Below, in pieces: positions 17,090-25,956 of a stretch of 64,000 bases of DNA. The stretch lies in the IMG/VR virus record IMGVR_UViG_3300033143_001962, positions 185,798 to 249,797 of that record. One strand, 5' to 3'. The position numbers and the translations under genes are program-made. Each line of letters starts with the position of its first letter. Within the stretch, counting starts at the first letter, position 1. The notes beneath the pieces were generated by a model. The model searched no databases and was not told where the DNA came from. It saw nothing but the letters and a program-made list of their open reading frames with translations.

Positions 17090-17716
17090 CTATTTATCCT
17101 TATTTATCGTTATTTCTCGCAGGTCTGGATATTCTTTGTACCCAGGACTACTTATTGTATTGATCTCATTGTTAGCTAATTTGTTCAAGCCGATTACTGC
17201 ATCTTCTGGACGCATCATATAGTGATAACCAATATCAAATTCTTTTTGATCTTTCCAGTGCTTAATGTCTGGATCACGCCCATCGTAAGATGCACGTTTA
17301 AGCCATTTGTATACTTCTCTGTTGTCTGTTAGTATTGCGCCACCATGTCCAATCTCAAGTGGCTTACCATGACCAAATGATAAGCATTGTACAGTCCTAG
17401 GTACGAACATATCTTTTTCAAATGTTCTAGCAAAATCCCAAATACCTGTACCACCTATGTTGTAGCCCTTATCCCACTTTTCTTCAGTGAACATATAACT
17501 AACGTCTAACTTTTCAAGTGTCATTAATACACTCAAGTAAGTGTTAGCAGGAATAGATGCGTACATTGGCGGACGCTTTCTACGTATGCCTAACTCAATT
17601 GCATGTGTGCAAGAGTCTGTTAACACGACACCAGGAGCACCTGTGTACTCGCTTATTGCTTTTTCAAATTCTTCAATTGCGTCAAATGGGTCTGTGTAGT
17701 CACTAATGTTTTTCAT
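17090..17716 (-). CDS. DegT/DnrJ/EryC1/StrS-like PLP aminotransferase (short form)
   Basis: EFEKAISEYTG, DSCTHAI, CLSFGHGKPLEIGHGGAILTD, GYHYMM. Confidence 0.75.
   Translation of the reverse strand: MKNISDYTDPFDAIEEFEKAISEYTGAPGVVLTDSCTHAIELGIRRKRPPMYASIPANTYLSVLMTLEKLDVSYMFTEEKWDKGYNIGGTGIWDFARTFEKDMFVPRTVQCLSFGHGKPLEIGHGGAILTDNREVYKWLKRASYDGRDPDIKHWKDQKEFDIGYHYMMRPEDAVIGLNKLANNEINTISSPGYKEYPDLREITINKDK
17091..17096 (-). promoter_or_regulatory. T4-like late promoter core (TAAATA)
   Basis: ATAAATA about 80 nt upstream of the endonuclease-folE unit. Confidence 0.5.
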
Positions 17717-18483
17717 AAGTATGCCTTTAGTTTTTCTGCGACAATCCGATTTGATTGTGGGCCAAGATGCCCAGCTGAATCGGATTGGTCCACAGACATT
17801 GTTTTAAAATCTGATTGTGTAAAATCCATATAAAAATCTTTATCAACTTGTGATATTAGCATCATAATATGATCGAGCCGTTGCTGTAACACATCATCTG
17901 GATATGCTGCTCCGTCAAACACTGCTTCCATTGCATCATTTAGTAAATGGTTACTCAACGGTACGTCCATTTGCACTATCTTATTAAGATAATTCGAAAA
18001 ACCGCTAACAAAAACGTACGGTATGTCTTTTTGTTTTAGCATACCCTGTAATGCTATAACATAGCTCAACCAATTGCAAATTTCAATGTACGTGTTCATA
18101 AAATGCTTCAAGTAGATTTTCCTAAAAGCACGAAAATCTTTATTCAATAACTTTGTACCTGTTGGTACAATACAGATCATATCTTCTCTGTCCGAATTCA
18201 ATGACCGGTGCATTGATAATCTACTCACCCCCGACCATTGAACTATAACACGATCATAGTCATTGATCGATAATGCTTGTACAGTCCTGCAGAAAATTTC
18301 GTGGTTAGACGAGCCGTCCCTTGCTCTATTATCTATTTTAACATTAAGATCCTGTTCTAATAGATTACTGTACAGGTACTTATTAATATCTTCGTCGGTT
18401 AGATACCCTGATGACTTCGAATGTGAGCATCCTACTAGTAAAATGTTTTCAATGTTTGTTGTAGTAGTCATTAAATGATTCAA
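17713..18483 (-). CDS. SGNH-hydrolase-like protein
   Basis: VGCSHS, GSSNHEI, IVQWS, HLGPQSN. Confidence 0.6.
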   Translation of the reverse strand: MNHLMTTTTNIENILLVGCSHSKSSGYLTDEDINKYLYSNLLEQDLNVKIDNRARDGSSNHEIFCRTVQALSINDYDRVIVQWSGVSRLSMHRSLNSDREDMICIVPTGTKLLNKDFRAFRKIYLKHFMNTYIEICNWLSYVIALQGMLKQKDIPYVFVSGFSNYLNKIVQMDVPLSNHLLNDAMEAVFDGAAYPDDVLQQRLDHIMMLISQVDKDFYMDFTQSDFKTMSVDQSDSAGHLGPQSNRIVAEKLKAYL

Positions 18484-19447
18484 TTATAGTTTTCATATCG
18501 CTAAATTGCGGTTGTGTGCTATTATAGTATAAACTAGCGTCTGCCACAAGTGAATCTGGGTCACCTTCACGTCTGGATTTTACCAAAACGTCTACTTTTC
18601 CGACAATATCTTCAAAAATATCAATTATTTGCTGATTACTGTACCCATCGTTCGTACCCAAATTGAATACTGCTGAGGATTGCCCTTCACTTAGGTCAAC
18701 ACATGCTTTTAAGTGTGCTAATGCGAGATCGCAGACATGAATATAATCACGAACGCAAGTGCCGTCAGGCGTATCGTAATCTGAGCCAAACAATTTAAAC
18801 ACGGTGTCGTTTTGATACGCTTCGAAAATGCGCGGTATAATGTGCGTATCATTTGGCTCTGGTCCTAGTTCGTTGTCCCATACATCTGCTCCTGCTGCGT
18901 TAAAATATCTAAAGCAATAACTTCTAAGGTCGTATGCTTTGTCATAATCTTCTAAGATAAGTTCAATCATCATCTTAGTACTACCATAAGGGTTACAAGG
19001 TACCGTTGGATCGGTCTCTTGTATCATAGCCGCGCAATTATCTGCATTGCCGTACACCGCGGCTGAGCTACTGAAAACAACGAATGGTGTATGCTTCAGC
19101 TTTCGCAGCTGATCTAGCATTTGAATTGTTTTAACCACATTGTTATTGTAGTACTCAGACGGGTCTAGTACACTTGGCCCAACTAAACTTGTTCCAGCAC
19201 AATGGACGACACCATCTAATGTACCGTATTTTTTAATATTTTCTTCATCAACGCAAAGCGCATCCCATAAGTCAGGATCGCCGTAATCGTTAGTAATGTA
19301 TTCAACACCTTTAACGATGTTTTGCTCAACGTGTCTGTTGTCGACTGAGATAACGTATGCACCTGCCTTGTGTAGTACTTTACAAGTGTGACTACCTACG
19401 TAGCCCATACCACCTGTTACTACTATTTTTAATCCGTCTAGTCTCAT
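18449..19447 (-). CDS. galE: UDP-glucose 4-epimerase
   Basis: VTGGMGYVGSH, FSSSAAVYG, YGSTK, RYFNAAGAD, DGTCVRDYIHV; start moved to MRLDG. Confidence 0.92.
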   Translation of the reverse strand: MRLDGLKIVVTGGMGYVGSHTCKVLHKAGAYVISVDNRHVEQNIVKGVEYITNDYGDPDLWDALCVDEENIKKYGTLDGVVHCAGTSLVGPSVLDPSEYYNNNVVKTIQMLDQLRKLKHTPFVVFSSSAAVYGNADNCAAMIQETDPTVPCNPYGSTKMMIELILEDYDKAYDLRSYCFRYFNAAGADVWDNELGPEPNDTHIIPRIFEAYQNDTVFKLFGSDYDTPDGTCVRDYIHVCDLALAHLKACVDLSEGQSSAVFNLGTNDGYSNQQIIDIFEDIVGKVDVLVKSRREGDPDSLVADASLYYNSTQPQFSDMKTIIESFNDYYNKH

Positions 19448-19719
19448 TTTGATAATTCCAATAATGTTATTAAGTGATTGTATGTTTCGTGTACTGCGGG
19501 GTTTTTGCTTTCGCACATCATATCAGTAAAACGTATTAAGTGACACATAGAATAAAAACGCTCATCGTCTATTTCAACTTTCATCTCAGTAATTACTTTA
19601 ACTGGATTTTCCATAGTGTCATGTGTCATTTCACGGATAGGCAACGGAACGTGCGTGTGCTTAACGTCCATTACTCTGAGTCCAAGTTTAGCTAATAGTT
19701 TCTGATTGATATTGGGCAT
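19444..19719 (-). CDS. hypothetical, family B motif
   Basis: KNPAVHETYNHLITLLELS. Confidence 0.6.
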   Translation of the reverse strand: MPNINQKLLAKLGLRVMDVKHTHVPLPIREMTHDTMENPVKVITEMKVEIDDERFYSMCHLIRFTDMMCESKNPAVHETYNHLITLLELSK

Positions 19720-20215
19720 CTATTACTCCTGTGCAATTACAAGTATAACATCTAACATCGTTCATGTCAATAGTGTGTTCGCCACCTTCAAAGTCTTCTA
19801 TAGATGGAGGCGGTAGTACATGATATCCTTTGCCGTTGCATTCTGGGCACGTCCTAGGGTTGCGTAATTTCCTACTTTCGGTTATCATTACTTCTAAGCG
19901 TATTTCGGTTGCCTGGATGTCTTCATGCCATGATGTACGCTGGATGAACAGGCCGTTTTCTTCATGCTTGTAAATTTGAATAGGTACTGCGCCACTGAAC
20001 CAATGCCCGTGTAACTTCCAATGCACTACAGGATCGTAGAACTTAACTTCTGTTATCTTCTGGCCAGGTACAAATGCTGCGGACCACTTATCCATTTCGA
20101 TCTTAGCAGGATCACGTAAGTACGTTGCTGTTACATCGTACTTAAAATCTTCAACCATAAACTTGTTACACAGGTAGTTATGCGACTCCTGATTTATTAA
20201 CTCAGTCGGTAACAC
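19688..20215 (-). CDS. hypothetical with DnaJ-type zinc finger
   Basis: CPECNGKG...CYTCNCTG. Confidence 0.55.
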   Translation of the reverse strand: MLPTELINQESHNYLCNKFMVEDFKYDVTATYLRDPAKIEMDKWSAAFVPGQKITEVKFYDPVVHWKLHGHWFSGAVPIQIYKHEENGLFIQRTSWHEDIQATEIRLEVMITESRKLRNPRTCPECNGKGYHVLPPPSIEDFEGGEHTIDMNDVRCYTCNCTGVIDAQYQSETIS

Positions 20216-20571
20216 TAAGGATCGTCCATGACAGGAACTTCATTTGCATTGCGACCATTCACTAATGCCATTGTAGTTAGTAGTCCTTCGAACGCATCTT
20301 TAATTGCCGGGTCATGTGAATTACGTATAGTATCCATTAGCTCTAAGTCTTTAATAAATTTTCCTAAGTTAATGTCCACGCCGTATATACTACCAGCAAA
20401 TGTTATCTCAGTATTCGTTGTTGCTGTATTATCGTACTTTTCAGTAACGCTTGCTACCATTAAATTATAATAAGATAGGTTTACTTTAAATGTGTCTTCA
20501 TTATTCATACTTTCCTGCTTGCACCATGTCTCTATAGCGCATATCATCTCGGTTCCATTCCTCACCACCAC
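20215..20571 (-). CDS. hypothetical, family B motif
   Basis: HDPAIKDAFEGLLTTMALV. Confidence 0.55.
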   Translation of the reverse strand: MVVRNGTEMICAIETWCKQESMNNEDTFKVNLSYYNLMVASVTEKYDNTATTNTEITFAGSIYGVDINLGKFIKDLELMDTIRNSHDPAIKDAFEGLLTTMALVNGRNANEVPVMDDP

Positions 20572-21679
20572 CTTGCATTATGTCAATGCACCGATCAATA
20601 GTACCGTTTGTCCAATCGCTTATCTTGCCTATGTTAGGACTTGGTGCATCTAATAATTTCATAAGTTTAGCTTCCGCATCATCTAAACTCCAAGGTACGT
20701 ATAAGCGATCTGCATCATTAGCAAATGTTTCCGGGAATGAACGGTATGCTGGATATAATACATTACATCCTAATGCGTCTGCTTCACTTACTGTATTACT
20801 AACCCAATCTTGTAATGCACAATTGAACATTATTCGACTATCGTTAACAATATCGTAGTACTGGTTCTTCTTTAAGTCTTCGTGTATAGTAAGTTTACCT
20901 TCTGCTTCTAACTTGCGAGCACGGTTAATAAACTTCTGATTGTTACTACGTAGTGGACCACCTTGCATAATTGCAAACTCCACTGTTGGATCTTTAGCTG
21001 TTACACGTTCAATTAAGTCCATGTAGAAGTCTGGTTGCTTCTCTTGATCCCAACGTGCGCCAAATACTACTCTGCGCTTACGTTCGTTAAAAGGTTTAAT
21101 GTTGTTATCAACTCTACCTTGTACTTCTTCTTTGCCAAATGCTAGTCCACTAATGTTATACAGTGGAGCAGTCCAGTTAGCTATCTTCATGTGTGCAACC
21201 ATTTCTTCATTAGTTGCAAGTACATGACAATTTGGAATTTCGTTAACCATTGCTTCGTACAATGACATCCACTTAGCCATACCCCATACATGAACAAAGT
21301 CATCTGGGTCTACTGCTTGTGCTAAACATCTTACGTATACTTGCGGTTGATCTTCTTTTGGTATCTGATTCATAATGTAAGGTAACGACTCGATACCAGG
21401 GCTAAACATATCTTCAAAAAAGATACAGTCTTCCCCGGTAACGTCACCGTTCCGCATCATTTGAACTAAGTTCATCATCTGCGACATTGAGAAATATGAT
21501 CTGCCATGGGCATCAAGCACTTGTCCCACTTGAATAGACTTAGTGTTGTCGATTTCCGTTCCGGGCACTATCACGTAATCTATGCCACGTTTCTTAAATG
21601 CCGCTTCGCTCCAGTCCTGTAACTGTAAGGTATATCTACCTTCATACGATTCCAAACCCATGTAAATCAATTTTCTCAT
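20501..21679 (-). CDS. GT-B (GT4-like) glycosyltransferase
   Basis: VVFGARWDQEKQPDF...ALQDWVSNTVSEADALGCNVLYP (ExxxxG acceptor motif variant). Confidence 0.75.
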   Translation of the reverse strand: MRKLIYMGLESYEGRYTLQLQDWSEAAFKKRGIDYVIVPGTEIDNTKSIQVGQVLDAHGRSYFSMSQMMNLVQMMRNGDVTGEDCIFFEDMFSPGIESLPYIMNQIPKEDQPQVYVRCLAQAVDPDDFVHVWGMAKWMSLYEAMVNEIPNCHVLATNEEMVAHMKIANWTAPLYNISGLAFGKEEVQGRVDNNIKPFNERKRRVVFGARWDQEKQPDFYMDLIERVTAKDPTVEFAIMQGGPLRSNNQKFINRARKLEAEGKLTIHEDLKKNQYYDIVNDSRIMFNCALQDWVSNTVSEADALGCNVLYPAYRSFPETFANDADRLYVPWSLDDAEAKLMKLLDAPSPNIGKISDWTNGTIDRCIDIMQGGGEEWNRDDMRYRDMVQAGKYE

Positions 21680-21688
21680 TTTCTTTCC

Positions 21689-21922
21689 TTATCGTTTGCC
21701 GGTGTATACTGGCTTGCTATGGAATCGGCGTAAGTCGAAATCCCATTGGTTCTTGCAATTTTTATTATTGCGGAACTTGTTGTACTGCTGGAAGGGATAT
21801 GTACGCATATTGTACATGTCAGCTTCGTTAAATTTATATCCGTGACTCACGCAAAATGCTTTGTACTTTTCTAAGTCATCAAACACTTGTTCCGTGCGCG
21901 GGTTTTTCTTTTTATACTTCAT
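21689..21922 (-). CDS. small basic hypothetical protein
   Basis: ORF track; start moved to MKYKKK. Confidence 0.55.
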   Translation of the reverse strand: MKYKKKNPRTEQVFDDLEKYKAFCVSHGYKFNEADMYNMRTYPFQQYNKFRNNKNCKNQWDFDLRRFHSKPVYTGKR

Positions 21923-21941
21923 TGTTAATTCCTTTATGGGA

Positions 21942-22376
21942 TTATAGTTTAGTGTAATGGATCTCCGATCCATTTTCGTTATCTTCGCTTACGCTTATTG
22001 TGATATCTCTTTCAGGATATCTGTTCGCAATGTAATTATAAAGTTCGTCGGATAGCATCTCGCATGACTTATAATCTAGTTGCAGAATATCTTGGTTGAA
22101 GCCATTAAGGCACCAACGCTTAAATTGTATAAATTCTATTTCTCTATCATTGTGGAATACTTCGATTGCAATTTTAAAATGGAACATGTGCCTATGTGGG
22201 TGGGCAAGGAAACTTACATCGTACTCGTCACCTGTTGCAAGGGCAGGATTAATCTTTGCGTCTGGGTAGTTGTGAACGCCTTCGCGTTGGAATGTTACCC
22301 AAATAAACCGCTGTGCGTTAGTCTTTACTGTATCAACTTTATCTTGCTTTGCTTGTATTCTTTGTTCTGTATCCAT
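21942..22376 (-). CDS. QueD-paralog T-fold protein, DpdL-like (putative CDG decarboxylase)
   Basis: LAHPHRHMF fits LxxxHRHxF; DREIEFIQFK, SCEMLS, ISVSEDNENG; DpdL motif recalled from the literature, not searched. Confidence 0.65.
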   Translation of the reverse strand: MDTEQRIQAKQDKVDTVKTNAQRFIWVTFQREGVHNYPDAKINPALATGDEYDVSFLAHPHRHMFHFKIAIEVFHNDREIEFIQFKRWCLNGFNQDILQLDYKSCEMLSDELYNYIANRYPERDITISVSEDNENGSEIHYTKL

Positions 22377-22411
22377 GTCTTATTATAACACCTTTAGTAA
22401 GTTAATGCTAG

Positions 22412-22639
22412 TTAAACGGTTCCACGTGCTTGTTTTTCAACAATTTCAATTTCAACTCGTTCTCGAATTGAATCCAATGCGTCCATTAAGTCGTCTTCAT
22501 TGCGTGGCTCGTGCTCGTCATTGATAAAATTCAATGTAGCATTAAACCCGTTTTCTTCTAAGAATTCATGTAGTGCTTGTGAAATTGCTGACTTGCCTAC
22601 ACCGGCTGCGCCAGTAACGGTTATTGTAATTTTACTCAT
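22412..22639 (-). CDS. small P-loop-containing protein
   Basis: TGAAGVGKS Walker A in 75 aa. Confidence 0.5.
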   Translation of the reverse strand: MSKITITVTGAAGVGKSAISQALHEFLEENGFNATLNFINDEHEPRNEDDLMDALDSIRERVEIEIVEKQARGTV

Positions 22640-23271
22640 ACTATTTTATCATCCTTGTATTTTTTCCAATTTGTGTACTTGTCTGGATCCATTAAGCTAT
22701 GTAACTTATGACACCATACACCTGGGTTCGATGCATCAAAATCTTTATCATCGATCTTAACTGTAGCGTTATATCCCATTTGGTTAGCATAAGGAATCTT
22801 ACAACTAATCATCGGAATGAAGTTATGCTTTTCGACTAAAATAGTTTCAACAATATCTTCTGCGTACTTAACGTCAAAGTCTAACGTACACCAAAAGTCA
22901 TCTACGTGCATAAGACAACCATTGATCATCTCAACCCATTCTCGCAACTGGTCCGACAGACTTGGCAACGGAGTGTTAATAAGATCAAAACTTTGATTGG
23001 CACCGAAGTAAATAGCCTGACATTGTAATGTGTTAGCTCTTGTAAGTATTTCTCTAAGGGGCTGCACACCTACAACAAATAATGTTTTAAGTTCATGTGC
23101 TGGTGTATGCTCTACTTCATAACCTATGAAGAAGTTAGCATCTGTATTTTCTGTTTCGTTTGTATAATCTCTTTTCATTTTCTTTCCTTGTGAACATTTA
23201 GGGCATGTTGCGCCATGTGGGTATTGTACCTTGTGCGTTGGACACAAATGATATGTATCTGCATTTAACAT
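22636..23271 (-). CDS. uncharacterised protein in the dpdA-dpdL interval
   Basis: FFIGYEVEHTP...IYFGANQSF...TVKIDDKDF...NPGVWCH; optional N-terminal C..H...C..C finger. Confidence 0.65.
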   Translation of the reverse strand: MLNADTYHLCPTHKVQYPHGATCPKCSQGKKMKRDYTNETENTDANFFIGYEVEHTPAHELKTLFVVGVQPLREILTRANTLQCQAIYFGANQSFDLINTPLPSLSDQLREWVEMINGCLMHVDDFWCTLDFDVKYAEDIVETILVEKHNFIPMISCKIPYANQMGYNATVKIDDKDFDASNPGVWCHKLHSLMDPDKYTNWKKYKDDKIV

Positions 23272-23513
23272 TTCTTATCCCAGTTTATATCTTCTTTGTT
23301 TGTCTTGTCTGTTAATATGTACGCAATGTAATGTCGCTCACCTTCCGGACCATCATCCCTTGCAACTTTATGTAATGTTAACGGTCTGCCTGGATCTCGC
23401 TTTAATAAATGCCAAATCTTTTCGGCATCGGGCAAGTCATCTACAATCATATCTCGTATAATGTGGTGTGGTATTTCAGCCATAGCTTCCGTGATTAACT
23501 GTTCTAGTTTCAC
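23265..23513 (-). CDS. hypothetical protein
   Basis: ORF track; N-terminus MKLEQLITEA. Confidence 0.5.
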   Translation of the reverse strand: MKLEQLITEAMAEIPHHIIRDMIVDDLPDAEKIWHLLKRDPGRPLTLHKVARDDGPEGERHYIAYILTDKTNKEDINWDKKC

Positions 23514-23754
23514 CTTCTGTACCGCATAGTTCGCAATACGGCGTATAGTCTGTATAATCTGTATCTAAGTATCCGCCTGGGCTGTAGTACTCCCTGGTCT
23601 TAACGTACTGCTGAGGATGGTGACATATACTTTTTAATTCTTCTTTCGCGTCCATGATTTCTTGAGACATTGCATCACGTTCAGCTTCTAATTCTGCAAT
23701 GTTTTTGTTCCAAGCTTTAATATCACGTATGTACATATTACTCTCCAAATTCAA
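23476..23754 (-). CDS. coiled-coil plus zinc-finger hypothetical protein
   Basis: CHHP...YCELCG. Confidence 0.55.
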   Translation of the reverse strand: MNLESNMYIRDIKAWNKNIAELEAERDAMSQEIMDAKEELKSICHHPQQYVKTREYYSPGGYLDTDYTDYTPYCELCGTEGETRTVNHGSYG

Positions 23755-25318
23755 ATAACGATGTTTCTGCTACTGAAGCCTTAACTAACTTTTCTTCTTC
23801 TTTTGCTGTTGCCTTAGCAACATCAAGATCAAACATATCGTCGAACTGTCCAGCTGCACTAATAGCTTTCTTACCGCCCATGCCACGTGCGCCACTGATC
23901 CCCATAAAGAACTTACTGTACACATCTAAAATTGCCATACGTTCTTCGTATGCATCTGTTGAGAACACTGCGTCAATAATATCAGTAATAGTTGTGCCTG
24001 TGTGAAGGTCTACTAACATTTTCGGCATAATACCTGCATCGTACTTGCGGTTAGCTTCTTGTACTGAATTAATATGGTGCCAAACATTGTGCCCCATCAT
24101 TAATGCATAACTGAAACTATCCCAAGATGTTTTACCTTCCTTCTTAATCTTATTAAGGTCGCCCGGTGCGTAAACATCAATGTCACTAATAAGTAGTTGT
24201 TCAGATATAGGACTGTCTTCAAATACATCATGAAACACCTTGCCAGTCTTTGGGTTAATGTCAGTTGTTGCAACTTCTGAGAACTTACGATTGTCTGTTG
24301 CGTACTTCTTATCGTCCATTGTAGGATTCATTCTATAACTCCACTTACCACTTTTGTTTGCTTTAGTAAGTGTTCTGTAATCAGGAGTAACAGTCTCATG
24401 ATATATTTGTCCATTGGCGGTAGCAAGAAACGGGCTGGCGCAATCAAAGGATATTGTAAAATTCTTATTATGTGTGCGTCTTACTGCCCGTTGTAATGCT
24501 GTTAATAACACCGCCCATTCTAGTTTTGATGTGCCTAAGAAATGCATCCAGTCTTGCTTGCCTTCCTCTAATAGACCATCATGAATAAGTGTAACTACTC
24601 GTTTAATAGCTAGGTGGGGATCAGCCATGTTAGCTCCTCCCATTGCCCAACCTTTAAAATACTTTTCGTGCTTAGTCGGATCGCTGTACTCTTTCATTTC
24701 TTCGTACCAACGATCAGCGTCGGCATGGTTACTTCCTTGTAGTACATTAAGGAACTTTGCATCGCCTGTAGCATGTTCCATAAAGTATTCGTGATTGTAC
24801 TTAGTCGCATCTACTGCGTCTTGGTAACTTTTAATATTTGTTTTCTTAACGGACTCTGGATTAGTACAAGTCCATGTAGGTATATCAAGTGTCATACTGT
24901 AATCACTAATGCTGCATAGCCATTTAAGTACTGTGCTTCTGTATTTTTCAGCTTTAGGACATTTAGGGTCAAGCCAGTCTGCTTCCCACACACCTTTTGC
25001 AATTTGGAATCCACCACTATCAGCTAACAGTAATGTATCACTGCTACGCTTACGGATCATATCTTCTTTAGGTACTTCCTTAGTTAAATCTAAGTTAGCG
25101 TGTCCTGCTGAGTACAATCCCCATTTGTACTTAAACAAACCTTCCTTGTTATTAAAGAAGTTCATCATTTCCATATCAGGAATGCCTGTAGGCATACGCT
25201 CTTGCGGAACGTTCTCTGGATCACTTTGCTGCTTACCAATGTAAGTGCTGTAGAAGCTACTAATAGCTGGTAAGAATAATGCGTAATCTTCTTGCTTATC
25301 TGTTAAATTTTTATTCAT
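23738..25318 (-). CDS. dpdA: DpdA/TGT-fold 7-deazaguanine transglycosylase
   Basis: ADSGGFQ, MTLDIP, FLNVLQG, GWAMGG, MHFLG, SFDCASP, GHN; no CxCxxC zinc site of tRNA TGTs. Confidence 0.8.
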   Translation of the reverse strand: MNKNLTDKQEDYALFLPAISSFYSTYIGKQQSDPENVPQERMPTGIPDMEMMNFFNNKEGLFKYKWGLYSAGHANLDLTKEVPKEDMIRKRSSDTLLLADSGGFQIAKGVWEADWLDPKCPKAEKYRSTVLKWLCSISDYSMTLDIPTWTCTNPESVKKTNIKSYQDAVDATKYNHEYFMEHATGDAKFLNVLQGSNHADADRWYEEMKEYSDPTKHEKYFKGWAMGGANMADPHLAIKRVVTLIHDGLLEEGKQDWMHFLGTSKLEWAVLLTALQRAVRRTHNKNFTISFDCASPFLATANGQIYHETVTPDYRTLTKANKSGKWSYRMNPTMDDKKYATDNRKFSEVATTDINPKTGKVFHDVFEDSPISEQLLISDIDVYAPGDLNKIKKEGKTSWDSFSYALMMGHNVWHHINSVQEANRKYDAGIMPKMLVDLHTGTTITDIIDAVFSTDAYEERMAILDVYSKFFMGISGARGMGGKKAISAAGQFDDMFDLDVAKATAKEEEKLVKASVAETSLFEFGE

Positions 25319-25544
25319 AATCTGATTCGTGTGGTCCGTCTGTTAATGCATAGAAGGTGCCTAGTGCCGTTACCTTATCAAATGCTTCTCTAATCTCAGG
25401 GATTGCGTTGTGTACGCTTGCCCTGTCATATCCTTTGGCGTTGTTTTTGTCAAGTAAAAGTTCATAGTACGCCCATACTTCATTTTCTAATGGAGTTGTG
25501 TGTCTGCCATACTGGCCGTGATTGGGACTATCTTCTTGTATCAT
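25311..25544 (-). CDS. hypothetical, divergent family B motif
   Basis: AIPEIREAFDKVTAL. Confidence 0.5.
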   Translation of the reverse strand: MIQEDSPNHGQYGRHTTPLENEVWAYYELLLDKNNAKGYDRASVHNAIPEIREAFDKVTALGTFYALTDGPHESDYE

Positions 25545-25765
25545 AGTTTGTATTTTAACATAAATGCTGTCTTACTACTATCGTTCTGGAACTTTACATC
25601 TTTAATACCGTAGTTGCATTCATCCATAATAAGCTTGCAGCCGTAGTCTTCTTGAAACTGTTCTAGTGTTTTGCCATCAAAGACATAACTTTTAAGTGCG
25701 GTAGCAAGCACCTTTAACTCTTCGCGGTCGAGTTTAATGTCTAGGAACATGTGTTCCTTCTTCAC
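25541..25765 (-). CDS. hypothetical, family C
   Basis: ends FQNDSSKTAFMLKYKL. Confidence 0.6.
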   Translation of the reverse strand: MKKEHMFLDIKLDREELKVLATALKSYVFDGKTLEQFQEDYGCKLIMDECNYGIKDVKFQNDSSKTAFMLKYKL

Positions 25766-25956
25766 AAGCTACCCCATTTAAGTACAAATGCAGTTCTATC
25801 TTTTTCATCTGCTATGTACACTCTGACAATACTTTTAAATGTTATTGGATCCACAATAGGTTCTACTATGTTTGCTATGATATCTGAATCAAGTATCCAC
25901 TCTTTCATTAGCTTGTAAGTATCTGGTTCTGTAAGTTCAGCTTTTATTATTTGCAT
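25762..25956 (-). CDS. hypothetical, family C
   Basis: ends IADEKDRTAFVLKWGSL. Confidence 0.6.
   Translation of the reverse strand: MQIIKAELTEPDTYKLMKEWILDSDIIANIVEPIVDPITFKSIVRVYIADEKDRTAFVLKWGSL

Noticed and set aside
15659-17090. Group I intron in folE or degT hosting the GIY-YIG gene
   Set aside because: Both flanking genes look complete on their own, and the non-coding space (about 80 nt) is too small for an intron core
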